A DNA stretch of 64,000 nucleotides from an uncultured Clostridia bacterium (GTDB lineage Bacteria > Bacillota > Clostridia > TANB77 > CAG-508), in the NCBI GenBank assembly GCA_963558245.1, contig CAUWGA010000005.1, forward strand, positions 813-64,812. The letters run 5' to 3'. Made by a program: the position numbers and the translations under genes. This document shows, piece after piece, positions 1-9,013 of the stretch; position 1 is the stretch's first letter; each line of letters starts with the position of its first letter. Below the pieces are notes generated by a model. The model made no database searches and was not told the origin of the DNA. It was given only the letters and a program-made list of their open reading frames with translations.

Positions 1-219
1 TGTTTGTGAACCATAAATCCCATCTACATTTCCCTTATAATATCCCCATCTTTTTAATTTGTCTTGTATAGTTTTTACTTCTTGTCCTCTTGAACCATAT
101 TTGGATAATGCATATGATTCACTATAGTTACTTATAAAAATAGTTATAAGTATTGTTAATATACTATATATAAGTATAAAACTTATTATCAGTCTTTTTT
201 TATTTTTTAAATCAAACAT
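1..219 (-). CDS. N-terminal part of a membrane-anchored peptidoglycan-binding-domain protein (partial, runs off the window)
   Basis: Reverse-strand ATG at 219 follows a GGTGA-like SD. Translation is MFDLKNKKRLIISFILIYSILTILITIF...GSRGQEVKTIQDKLKRWGYYKGNVDGIYG, i.e. a TM/signal segment plus a PG_binding_1-like motif. Not in the ORF track because it is truncated. Confidence 0.55.
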   Translation of the reverse strand, partial: MFDLKNKKRLIISFILIYSILTILITIFISNYSESYALSKYGSRGQEVKTIQDKLKRWGYYKGNVDGIYGSQT

Positions 220-316
220 AAAATCACCTAAAAGATAAAATTTCTTATTTCTATTTTTATCTTTTAAGTGATTTATTATACATTTTTTATATTTTTTACA
301 ATTTAAATTATATATT

Positions 317-1342
317 TTACGAACAATATCTACACAATATCGCTTCTAAGCCTATATTTAAATCTATTAATCCATTTTTATAGTTATAATCTAAATCGCG
401 CAACTCTTGAAGTATCTTTTTCAATTCACTTTCTTTAAAATATCCTGCTTGCATTTTATATTTTCCTGTTAAAAAAGTTTGATTTGGTTTTAAATTCAAA
501 CTTGATACTAAGTCTTTATTATTTTTTACTGCTAATTTTGTAAAGTATAATTTTTTAAAATGATTATATAAATTTATCAATATTTTTTGTATAGGCTCTT
601 TATTATTTATTAAATTTTGTAAAACTTCTAGTGCTTTTTTTGTTTCTCTTTTTCCTAGGTTATCTGTTAAATCAAATATAACATTTTCTAGTTTTTTTAT
701 TGTTAATAAATCTATATCTTCTTTTTTTATCGTTCCATCTTTGCCTGCATATTCTATCAATTTTCTAATTTCATTAATTAATTCTTGCATATTTGTTCCG
801 CAAGTTTCTACAAAATATTTCATTGTTGAATTGTCTATTTTTACTTGATAGCTATTACATATTGAGAGCATCCTTTTTTCTAATTGTATTGGTTTTTGAA
901 AATCTACTTTGCACACAGTTCCTATTTTATCTAGTGTTTTATATAATGCAAATCTACTATCGACATCTTCCTCTATAAATACTAATATAACTGTTTGTTT
1001 TATTATATCTTCATTTTCTTTTATATAATCATCTAGCTTTTCTCTTATTTTTACTAATTCTGTACTTTTTCTTTTTCCTTCTCTTTTTAGTATATTGGTA
1101 TTTCTTGCTATTATTAATTTTTTTTCATAACCAAATGCTGGAGTTTCTATATCTGATATTAGTTCTTGTACATTAGTATCATCAATAGAAATAAAATTTA
1201 TTCCTTTTATGGTTTCTCCAAATTGATTTTTTATTTTTTTTACTGCATTTTCTATTAAAAATAATTCTTCACCATAAAATAAATATATACTATTTAAATT
1301 ACCAGTTTTTAATTCTTTTTCTAAAATTTCAATTGGTACCAT
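317..1342 (-). CDS. holA: DNA polymerase III delta subunit
   Basis: 341 aa with the length and layout typical of HolA (N-terminal YLFYGEE motif, C-terminal helical domain). Confidence 0.85.
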   Translation of the reverse strand: MVPIEILEKELKTGNLNSIYLFYGEELFLIENAVKKIKNQFGETIKGINFISIDDTNVQELISDIETPAFGYEKKLIIARNTNILKREGKRKSTELVKIREKLDDYIKENEDIIKQTVILVFIEEDVDSRFALYKTLDKIGTVCKVDFQKPIQLEKRMLSICNSYQVKIDNSTMKYFVETCGTNMQELINEIRKLIEYAGKDGTIKKEDIDLLTIKKLENVIFDLTDNLGKRETKKALEVLQNLINNKEPIQKILINLYNHFKKLYFTKLAVKNNKDLVSSLNLKPNQTFLTGKYKMQAGYFKESELKKILQELRDLDYNYKNGLIDLNIGLEAILCRYCS

Positions 1343-1401
1343 AAATTTTATACTCCTTAAATTTCATATATCCCTTACTGTATTTATTTTCTTTTATTTC
1401 T

Positions 1402-3435
1402 TTATTTTCCTAATATAATTCTAAATACTTCTGCTACACTCCAACATTGTGCAACTGTTCCTTTGGGTAATTGTGGTTCTATGCTATCATAAATTTCAGC
1501 TATACTTCCTATGCATCCTTCTTCGTTTACTTCTTTTGTAAATGTCTTTTCTGTTTTAGATATAAACTTCTTTATTTTATTTTGTATTTTTGTCATTTCT
1601 TCTTTTTCATTTGTACATTTTAGTTGATTTTTTAATGCGTTATAGTATAAACCTAATAACCATGTCCATGTAATTCCTTGGTGGTAACTGGTATCTCTTT
1701 GTTCTTCGTTTCCTTCATATACTTCAACATAATTTTCTTCTCCACTTGCTAAAGTTTTTAAACCATATGCATTTAATAATTTTTTCTCTACAGTGTTTAT
1801 TACATTTTTTGCTATTTCTGTATTTAAATCTATTATAGGATATGTTAAACTAAGTGCAAATAATTGGTTTGGTCTTATTTTACTATCTCCTAATACATCA
1901 TATAGGCATTTTGTTTTTGAATTATAGAACTTTTCTTCAAATGCTGATTTACATTTTTCTGCTAAGTCTTTATATTTTTTTGCTGATATAAAATGTCCAA
2001 ATCTTATACTTAGTTCAACCATGATTTTATTAGCATTGTACCATAGGCTATTTACTTCTACTGCTTTACCATTTCTTGGTGTTACTGCTTTACCTTGGAA
2101 TTTAACATCCATCCATGTATTTTGTGTGTTTTCTGTTCCTGATACTATTAGTCCATCTGTATCTAAATAAATGTTGTTTTCGTCTACATCTACTCCATTA
2201 GAATACCATTTTATAATTTCTTCAAATATAGGATATATTTCTTCTTTTACAAACTTATAATCTTCTGTATATTCTAAATATTTTTTTACAGTTTCAAATA
2301 ATAATAAAGAAGCATCAACACTATTATATAATGGTCTATTATCATAACCTGAATACCCATTTGGTACAAGTCCATATTTTACATCTCTTATCATGGTTTT
2401 TAAAACTTCTTTAGCAATTTCATATCTTTTTGTAACTAGCAATGTTCCTTCAAATGATATGCATGTATCTCTTCCCCAGTCTAAGAACCATGGATATCCT
2501 GCAATTAATGTATGTAATCCAAAATTCGGTCTGTTTACCACAAAATTATCTGATGCTATTATTAGATTTTTTATTAATTCATCTTTTTGTTGTTCTTTTT
2601 TTGTTTTCTTTTCTTTTTCTTCTATTAATTGTGATTTATTTATAATCTCTTTTAATCTATTCTCTTCTTTTTTTATTAAATCTTTTACATCAATTTGTTC
2701 TATATTTTCTTCTAAGGCACATACAAATGAAATTTCTTTTTCTTCGTTTGCTTTTATATCTATTTCATATCTTCCTGGTACTATATGATTTTCTTCTCCA
2801 CAAAATCCTCTTTTTTCTTCTTCTATATAAAACATATTTCTAAAAGTATCATTTTCATGTGGGATATATTCTCCTTCTGAAACATTTATATATATTGGTG
2901 TTTCAGAATGGTTATCTACTATTAATTTTACTTTTTGATTTTTATTATTTTGTCTTAAATTAAATTCATGTTCTGTATTTACTGTGTGAAAATCTCTGAA
3001 ATTTATAATTGGTGCTAATGTTAGTTTCGCTTTACATCCTCCATTTTTTATTTTGTAGTAAATTCCTACTAAATTTTTTCCATACTCCATACATATTGTC
3101 TTAATTATTTCTACTTTTCCTATTTTGTATTTAAATGTTGGAAGATAATTTTTTTCAAATTCTTCTTGATATTCATATCCTTTAGATATATATTCTTTTC
3201 CTACATTAGTATATAAACCATATTTTCTTCCTCTTATTTCTATACTTTCATCTACTTTTGACAATATAAAAAATCTTCTTGCAGGTGGAGTAAGTGCTGA
3301 AATTAACAAACCATGATATTTTCTTGTGTTTGCTCCAATAATTGTTGATGAAGAATATCCACCAATTCCATTAGTTATAATCCATTCTTTGCTTAGTCCA
3401 TTTTCTAAATTTAGATTTTCTTTTGTAATTTTCAT
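1402..3435 (-). CDS. Glycogen debranching enzyme (amylo-alpha-1,6-glucosidase, GDE_N/GDE_C type)
   Basis: 677 aa. N-terminus EWIITNGIGGYSSSTIIGANTRKYHGLL and a C-terminal (alpha/alpha)6-type region GYPWFLDWGRDT are typical of the bacterial/archaeal GDE family. Confidence 0.8.
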   Translation of the reverse strand: MKITKENLNLENGLSKEWIITNGIGGYSSSTIIGANTRKYHGLLISALTPPARRFFILSKVDESIEIRGRKYGLYTNVGKEYISKGYEYQEEFEKNYLPTFKYKIGKVEIIKTICMEYGKNLVGIYYKIKNGGCKAKLTLAPIINFRDFHTVNTEHEFNLRQNNKNQKVKLIVDNHSETPIYINVSEGEYIPHENDTFRNMFYIEEEKRGFCGEENHIVPGRYEIDIKANEEKEISFVCALEENIEQIDVKDLIKKEENRLKEIINKSQLIEEKEKKTKKEQQKDELIKNLIIASDNFVVNRPNFGLHTLIAGYPWFLDWGRDTCISFEGTLLVTKRYEIAKEVLKTMIRDVKYGLVPNGYSGYDNRPLYNSVDASLLLFETVKKYLEYTEDYKFVKEEIYPIFEEIIKWYSNGVDVDENNIYLDTDGLIVSGTENTQNTWMDVKFQGKAVTPRNGKAVEVNSLWYNANKIMVELSIRFGHFISAKKYKDLAEKCKSAFEEKFYNSKTKCLYDVLGDSKIRPNQLFALSLTYPIIDLNTEIAKNVINTVEKKLLNAYGLKTLASGEENYVEVYEGNEEQRDTSYHQGITWTWLLGLYYNALKNQLKCTNEKEEMTKIQNKIKKFISKTEKTFTKEVNEEGCIGSIAEIYDSIEPQLPKGTVAQCWSVAEVFRIILGK

Positions 3436-3477
3436 AAGTGTGCCTCCTATTTTTAACTACTTTTTCATTTAGTTATA

Positions 3478-5163
3478 TTATTTTAGTTTGCTATTTTCTA
3501 ATTTTTTTATCATTTCTTCTCTTATTTCTTGGTTCGTTCTTTTTCTAGTCGTAGCTTCTGTTGTTTTTCTATTACCTGTCTTGGCTCTTGCTCTTGTATT
3601 TACTGTTTTAGTTCCTGTTCTTCTACTTTCTGCTTTAGGTGCTGTGGATTTTTTAGTTCTTCTTTGTACCATTTTTTGTTCTGCTTTTTTATCAGCTTCT
3701 CTTATTGATGCAATTCTATCACTATATTTATTGCTAAATTTACTTTTTGATTTTAAAACTTTATCTTTTTTGCTTATTTTTCCTTCACGCTCTTTTTGTG
3801 CTTTTTTCGCCATTTGTTTTTTTACTTTGTTTATTCTTTTTTCTTCTCTTAGTTTATTATTTAGCATTAAATATTGTGGATCGCTCTGTTTATCTTGATA
3901 TTTTAAGTCATCACATATCAATTCTATAATAGAAGACGCAACTAAACTTGGATCATGTCTAATTAAACCATCTTTTATCATTGACAAGTTTCTTTGTAAA
4001 AACTTTATTCCTTTTACATTATCAATATTTTGTTCTACTAAATCTTGACCTTCTAGGTTATATTTTTTAATATATTCTGGAATTATTTCTCCTGTATCAT
4101 AAATGCAGTAATCTACAATTCCTGTTCCACAATGTTCTATTATTGCATTTAAGTGGTCTGATACTGTATAATTGTCAGTTTGACCTGGTTCTGTCATTAT
4201 ATTACTTACATATACTTTAATTGCTGTACTTTCTTTTATTGCTTTTGCTACTCCATTTATTAATAAATTTGGAATAACGTTTGTGTATAAGCTTCCTGGT
4301 CCTATTACTATGCAGTCAGCATTTTTTATTGCTTCAACTACACCTGGAGCTGGTCTGCAATTTGTTGGACTAATCATTATTCTATTTATTTTTGTTATTT
4401 TTTCTGATACTACTTCTGGAATTCTTGATTTTTCTTCAACTATATATCCATTTGCAAGCTCTGCAACAATTTTCATTTCATCTAAGGTTACAGGTATAAC
4501 TTTTCCTACCATATTTAATACTTCGTTGCTTTTAATTATTGAATCTTCAAAATTACCATTTATTTCTTTCATTGCTGAAAAATATATATCAGAAAAACTT
4601 AATCCTTTTAATTTTCCACTGCTAAATTCATAATTAAATAATTTATTTATTTGCCCATCTTTTGTGGATAAAGAAACTATACTACTTTTTATATCATCAA
4701 GTGGCAACATTTTTAACTCTTTTCTTGAGTTTGTTGCTGTTTCTCCATAATCTGATATTGTAACTATTGCTGTTAAATTATTTGTATAATTTTTTAATCC
4801 TGAAAGTACAGTGTCTAATCCTGTTCCTCCACCTATCACAACAATATTTGGTCCTTTATCATAAATAGTTTTATTAAATATAAGTGATTTTACATTTACA
4901 TTTTGTTTATTTTCCATTCTTTCATCACTTGATTCTATTAAAACTTCTAATGTTCTTTTATTTAATCCTACTAAACCTAATACTATTGCAACAAAACCAA
5001 CAGCAAATATTGCAATAACTCCTCCAACTTCTCCAAAAGATATCTCTTTCATGACTAAAATTTTTGCTAAACCATAACATGAAAGTATAATTCCTATTAA
5101 GATTAAGAACATCCATCTTTTCATTTTACTGCTAGATTTAAACCATTGCATAAAACCTTTCAT
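3478..5163 (-). CDS. YvcK/CofD-like (UPF0052) protein with an N-terminal membrane anchor and a long basic C-terminal tail
   Basis: Core motif VVIGGGTGLDTVLSGLKNYTNNLTAIVTISDYGE. Two N-terminal hydrophobic helices. The last ~130 aa are K/R/T-rich low complexity. Confidence 0.75.
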   Translation of the reverse strand: MKGFMQWFKSSSKMKRWMFLILIGIILSCYGLAKILVMKEISFGEVGGVIAIFAVGFVAIVLGLVGLNKRTLEVLIESSDERMENKQNVNVKSLIFNKTIYDKGPNIVVIGGGTGLDTVLSGLKNYTNNLTAIVTISDYGETATNSRKELKMLPLDDIKSSIVSLSTKDGQINKLFNYEFSSGKLKGLSFSDIYFSAMKEINGNFEDSIIKSNEVLNMVGKVIPVTLDEMKIVAELANGYIVEEKSRIPEVVSEKITKINRIMISPTNCRPAPGVVEAIKNADCIVIGPGSLYTNVIPNLLINGVAKAIKESTAIKVYVSNIMTEPGQTDNYTVSDHLNAIIEHCGTGIVDYCIYDTGEIIPEYIKKYNLEGQDLVEQNIDNVKGIKFLQRNLSMIKDGLIRHDPSLVASSIIELICDDLKYQDKQSDPQYLMLNNKLREEKRINKVKKQMAKKAQKEREGKISKKDKVLKSKSKFSNKYSDRIASIREADKKAEQKMVQRRTKKSTAPKAESRRTGTKTVNTRARAKTGNRKTTEATTRKRTNQEIREEMIKKLENSKLK

Positions 5164-5183
5164 TTTATTTTAACTCCTTTACA

Positions 5184-6104
5184 TTAGCTTATAATTTCTA
5201 CTTCTAATTCAATTTTTTTCTGATATTTTTTATAGATTTCATCTTTTACTATTTCTACTAACTCTAATATATCTTTTGCTGTTGCATTTCCTTTGTTTAT
5301 TATAAATCCTCCATGTTTTGTTGATACCTCTGCATCTCCTACATGTGTTCCTTTTAGTCCTGCTTCATCAATTAGTTTAGCTGTTATAAAATCTTTTCCT
5401 CTTTTGAATGTACTACCTGCACTTGGATATTCAAGTGGTTGACTACTTTTTCTTTTTTCTTCATATAAATCTATTTTTGATTTTATTTCTTCTAAATCTC
5501 CTTGTTCCAATTCTATTTCTACTTCTGTTACTATATATTTTTTATTTTTAATTATAGATGTTCTATAGTTAAATTCCATGTCTTTATTTTCTAATACTAT
5601 TTTATTTCCTTGGTAGTCCATGCATTTTACAGTTTTTACAATGTCTTTCATTTCTCTGCCATTAGCCCCTGCATTCATTCTTACTGCTCCACCTATTGTG
5701 CCAGGAATCCCTGTTATTTCTTCAAAACCAGTTAAATTTTCTCTAGCAAATATCCTTCCTACTTTTGCTATTTTTTCTCCTGCTCCTAATTTTATTTTTA
5801 CATTTTCTTTTGAATTTTCTTTTTCTATTTCAATTTTTTCTATTTTTATTATTAATGTAATTCCTTTAATTCCTTCATCTAAGACTAATACATTACTTCC
5901 ATTTCCTAAAACTGTTATTTGAATTTTGTTTTCATTTGCAAATTTTAGTATTTCTTTTAATTCTTCTTCTGTTCCTATTTTTATTAAACATTCAGCAGGT
6001 CCACCTACTTTAAATGTTGTATATTTTGCCATTGGCTCATTAAATAATATTTTGTCTTTAGCTATTTTAAAATTTGATTTTTCAATTAATCCTTTTATGT
6101 CCAT
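5184..6104 (-). CDS. murB: UDP-N-acetylenolpyruvoylglucosamine reductase
   Basis: 306 aa with an FAD-binding N-terminus (YTTFKVGGPAE, LGNGSNVLV) and a C-terminal PSAGSTFK motif. Confidence 0.9.
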   Translation of the reverse strand: MDIKGLIEKSNFKIAKDKILFNEPMAKYTTFKVGGPAECLIKIGTEEELKEILKFANENKIQITVLGNGSNVLVLDEGIKGITLIIKIEKIEIEKENSKENVKIKLGAGEKIAKVGRIFARENLTGFEEITGIPGTIGGAVRMNAGANGREMKDIVKTVKCMDYQGNKIVLENKDMEFNYRTSIIKNKKYIVTEVEIELEQGDLEEIKSKIDLYEEKRKSSQPLEYPSAGSTFKRGKDFITAKLIDEAGLKGTHVGDAEVSTKHGGFIINKGNATAKDILELVEIVKDEIYKKYQKKIELEVEIIS

Positions 6105-6238
6105 GTTTTCACTTCCTTTTGCATAAAATTTCTATTTAAATATATCATTTTTTAGCTTAAATTACAAGGAAAAATATGAATAATTTGATACATATTAATT
6201 TTAAAATTAGGTATATATGTACATATAAAATTTTAAAT

Positions 6239-6267
6239 TTGACATATAATAAAATATATGCTAATAT
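6239..6267 (+). promoter_or_regulatory. Consensus-like sigma-A promoter (TTGACA-17 nt-TAATAT) driving a short plus-strand transcript
   Basis: TTGACA at 6239-6244, a 17-nt spacer, TAATAT at 6262-6267. The only thing downstream before a strong terminator (6306-6352) is ~75 nt without a plausible ORF. Confidence 0.45.
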
Positions 6268-6273
6268 ATTTAT

Positions 6274-6352
6274 AGCAATTGCAAAGTAAGTCAAGTAATA
6301 ATGGCAAAAAAAGACTAGGAATGTCTGTCAAAACATTTTTCCTAGTCTTTTT
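6274..6352 (+). ncRNA. Candidate small RNA (~75-80 nt) whose 3' end overlaps that of the convergent micro-ORF transcript
   Basis: Bounded by the promoter at 6239-6267 and the bidirectional terminator hairpin at 6306-6352. Contains only a 5-codon ORF. Confidence 0.35.
6306..6352. terminator. Bidirectional intrinsic terminator hairpin
   Basis: AAAAAAAGACTAGGAATGT...ACATTTTTCCTAGTCTTTTT. A long stem flanked by an A-run on one side and a T-run on the other. Confidence 0.6.
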
Positions 6353-6358
6353 CTTATG

Positions 6359-6427
6359 CTATTTACTCAATTGCTTTATTATGTAATAAATCAATAAAAG
6401 TTTTAGCACTTCAAGTAAGTCTTTCAT
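6359..6427 (-). CDS. 22-aa hydrophobic micro-protein MKDLLEVLKLLLIYYIIKQLSK (candidate type I toxin or small membrane peptide)
   Basis: Strong SD AAAGGAGG 5 nt before the ATG. Its own TTGACA promoter lies at 6487-6492 (minus). It ends 7 nt before the shared terminator. Too short for the ORF track. Confidence 0.4.
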   Translation of the reverse strand: MKDLLEVLKLLLIYYIIKQLSK

Positions 6428-6657
6428 AACGACCTCCTTTCTACCTTTTGGCGAAAGGCAAAATTAATATATTATATTTTTTATTTTGTCAAATACGATT
6501 TTTATTAATTTTTTATGCTTTGGCTTTATATTTTTACTAATCTAATTAGTACTTTAAGATTTTTATATTTTCTACTGATTCAACATCTCTAGTTATCCAT
6601 ATTTTTATATTTTGCTTGTTCTATAATTTTACATTTCGAATAAACTTTTAGTAAGGT

Positions 6658-7725
6658 TTGGAGGTGATAAAAATAAAACCAAACTTTTATGTTGTAAAAC
6701 TTAAAAAAAATTTGTTACCTGCAATTTTTCTACTTTTTACCTGTGGTTTAATAGTATTTTCTAATAGTAATTTGCCTGCTGTAAAATCTGGTTTAAAGTT
6801 ATGGGCTACATCAGTTGTTCCTTCTTTATTTCCTTTTTTTGTAGCTACAGAATTGTTATTGCATACTAGATTGGTTTCACAAATTGGTAATTTTTTAAAT
6901 ATCTATATGAAGCCTATATTTAATATTAGGGGCGAAGGTGCTTTTGCATTTATAATGGGAATTATCAGTGGATATCCAATGGGAGCAAAACTTGCAACTA
7001 ATTTTAGGAAAAATAATATTTGTTCTAAAGAGGAATGTGAAAGATTACTTAGTTTTACTAATAATTCTGGACCTTTATTTATAATTGGAACTGTTGGAAT
7101 TTTAATGTATGGAAATACTACTATTGGCATTTTATTATTTATAACTCACATTTTAGCTTGTATTACTGTAGGATTTATCTTTCGTTTTTGGAAACGTGGA
7201 AATAATTCTTGTGAATATTCAAATAAAAAAATATTAAATGAAAGTAAGACTAAAGAAGTTTCATTTGCTAATTTAGGAGAAATTTTAGCCGAAAGTATTA
7301 ATAGTTCTATTTCTACAATTATACTTATTGGTGGATTTGTAGTTATATTTTCTAGTGTTATATCTATTTTAAAGTCTAGTGGAATTATACATATTTTATC
7401 TGATTGTTTTTCTCCTATTTTACAGGCATTTAATATTGATACATCTTTTGCCAGTCCTTTAATCAGTGGTTTTTTAGAAATAACTAATGGCATTAGCACT
7501 ATCTCCAATATTTCTAATAAAAAAATTTCTACCAATTTAATTTTCACTGCATTTCTACTTGGTTTTGGTGGTATTTCTGTTTTGTTACAAGTTCTTAGTA
7601 TTACTTCTAAAAGTGATTTGTCTATAAAACCATATGTTTATGGCAAATTGTTACATGGCATTTTAGCAAGTTTTTATACTTATATTTTTATTAATGTTAT
7701 ACCTTTTTTTAATTTTGATATATAA
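6658..7725 (+). CDS. ylbJ: Sporulation integral membrane protein YlbJ family (nucleoside-recognition-domain membrane protein)
   Basis: 355 aa, polytopic, with the motif GLKLWATSVVPSLFPFFVATELL typical of YlbJ. The exact start (TTG 6658 or GTG 6664) is uncertain. Confidence 0.7.
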   Translation: MEVIKIKPNFYVVKLKKNLLPAIFLLFTCGLIVFSNSNLPAVKSGLKLWATSVVPSLFPFFVATELLLHTRLVSQIGNFLNIYMKPIFNIRGEGAFAFIMGIISGYPMGAKLATNFRKNNICSKEECERLLSFTNNSGPLFIIGTVGILMYGNTTIGILLFITHILACITVGFIFRFWKRGNNSCEYSNKKILNESKTKEVSFANLGEILAESINSSISTIILIGGFVVIFSSVISILKSSGIIHILSDCFSPILQAFNIDTSFASPLISGFLEITNGISTISNISNKKISTNLIFTAFLLGFGGISVLLQVLSITSKSDLSIKPYVYGKLLHGILASFYTYIFINVIPFFNFDI

Positions 7726-7812
7726 TTTTTATTTTCAGTCATGGTTTAAAAGAAATATTTTCTTTTATAACTATGTATAACTTCAAGTTGTAAGAGAAAG
7801 GAATGATTTTTT

Positions 7813-8061
7813 ATGGATAAAGATTTTAATAATTATAATCCTAGTTTTATGGATTATAACATGCAACCTAATATTGGAATGGATATGAACGATTTATATA
7901 AAGACCCTATGTTTAATCCTATTATGCAATATGAACAAGCATATTGTTATTACAGATATTTATGTATGCAAATGGAATATAAAATTAAATGTAAAGAATA
8001 TGATAAATTATGTGATAATCGTTTTAGTCAAGATATTAAAAGAGACCGAAAAATAGAGTAA
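7813..8061 (+). CDS. Hypothetical small protein (Y/M/C/N-rich, 82 aa)
   Basis: ORF followed by a terminator. I recognise no family. Confidence 0.4.
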   Translation: MDKDFNNYNPSFMDYNMQPNIGMDMNDLYKDPMFNPIMQYEQAYCYYRYLCMQMEYKIKCKEYDKLCDNRFSQDIKRDRKIE

Positions 8062-8076
8062 AAAAACAAATATAAT

Positions 8077-8116
8077 AAAACTCTCAATATTTATATAATA
8101 TTAAGAGTTTTATTTT
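8077..8116. terminator. Bidirectional terminator between the 82-aa ORF and uppP
   Basis: AAAACTCTCAATATT...AATATTAAGAGTTTTATTTTT hairpin. Confidence 0.5.
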
Positions 8117-8118
8117 TA

Positions 8119-9009
8119 TTATTTAATTATAGATACATTGTTTATTAAAAAATATCCTAGTACAAGAATACCTAGTACAATTCTATAATAGCCAAACACT
8201 TTAAAGTTGTGTTTTTTAATATAATTCATTAAGAATTTTATAACAATAACTGATACAACAAAAGCAACTATCATACCAACTAATAATATAGCTATTTCAG
8301 TTCCTGTAAATGCTAAACCAAATTTTAAAAGTTTCAACAAACTTGCTCCCACCATTGTTGGTATCGCTAGATAAAATGTAAATTCTGCTGCATTAGGCCT
8401 TGATAATCCAATTAATAATCCACCTATGATTGTTGCTCCTGAACGTGATGTTCCTGGAAATATCGCTGCTATTAATTGAAACACACCTATTATTAATGCA
8501 TCTTTATATGTAATTTGTGTACTTTCTTCTTTTAAATTTCCTTTCCTTTTTGCATTCCAATTTTCTATTATAATAAATGCTATACCAAATACAATTAATG
8601 CTATTGCAATGCATGTGGGATTATAAAATAAGGCTTCAAATACATCATCAAATGCTAATCCTATTATTGCAGCTGGCACACAAGCTACTAATATTTTCCC
8701 CCATAAATTCATTATTTTTTTATTAAATATTGATAGTATTCCTGTTTTCTTTATTGCTTTTTCTTTATTTTTTGTAAATGGCCATATATCTTTAAAATAT
8801 AATAATACAACTGCTAATATAGCTCCAAGCTGTATTACTACTTGGAACATTTCCCAAAATCCATCTGATACTTGATTAAATTTTAGGAACTGTTCCACTA
8901 AGATTAAATGTCCTGTACTACTTATTGGTAACCACTCTGTTATACCTTCTACAATTCCAAAAATTGCAGATTTTAATAGTTCTAAAAACATATCTTTTCC
9001 TTCTTTCAT
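8119..9009 (-). CDS. uppP: Undecaprenyl-diphosphate phosphatase
   Basis: BacA/UppP motifs GIVEGITEWLPISSTGHL and PGTSRSGATI. The start may be the Met 6 codons further in. Confidence 0.9.
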   Translation of the reverse strand: MKEGKDMFLELLKSAIFGIVEGITEWLPISSTGHLILVEQFLKFNQVSDGFWEMFQVVIQLGAILAVVLLYFKDIWPFTKNKEKAIKKTGILSIFNKKIMNLWGKILVACVPAAIIGLAFDDVFEALFYNPTCIAIALIVFGIAFIIIENWNAKRKGNLKEESTQITYKDALIIGVFQLIAAIFPGTSRSGATIIGGLLIGLSRPNAAEFTFYLAIPTMVGASLLKLLKFGLAFTGTEIAILLVGMIVAFVVSVIVIKFLMNYIKKHNFKVFGYYRIVLGILVLGYFLINNVSIIK

Positions 9010-9013
9010 TTGT

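Noticed and set aside
3488-3898. 136-aa plus-strand ORF (and 3747-3929) inside the yvcK-like gene
   Set aside because: It is antisense to a well-supported gene. The translation is L/F/S-rich low complexity, as expected from reading the complement of K/E-rich AT-rich coding sequence. No SD is present.
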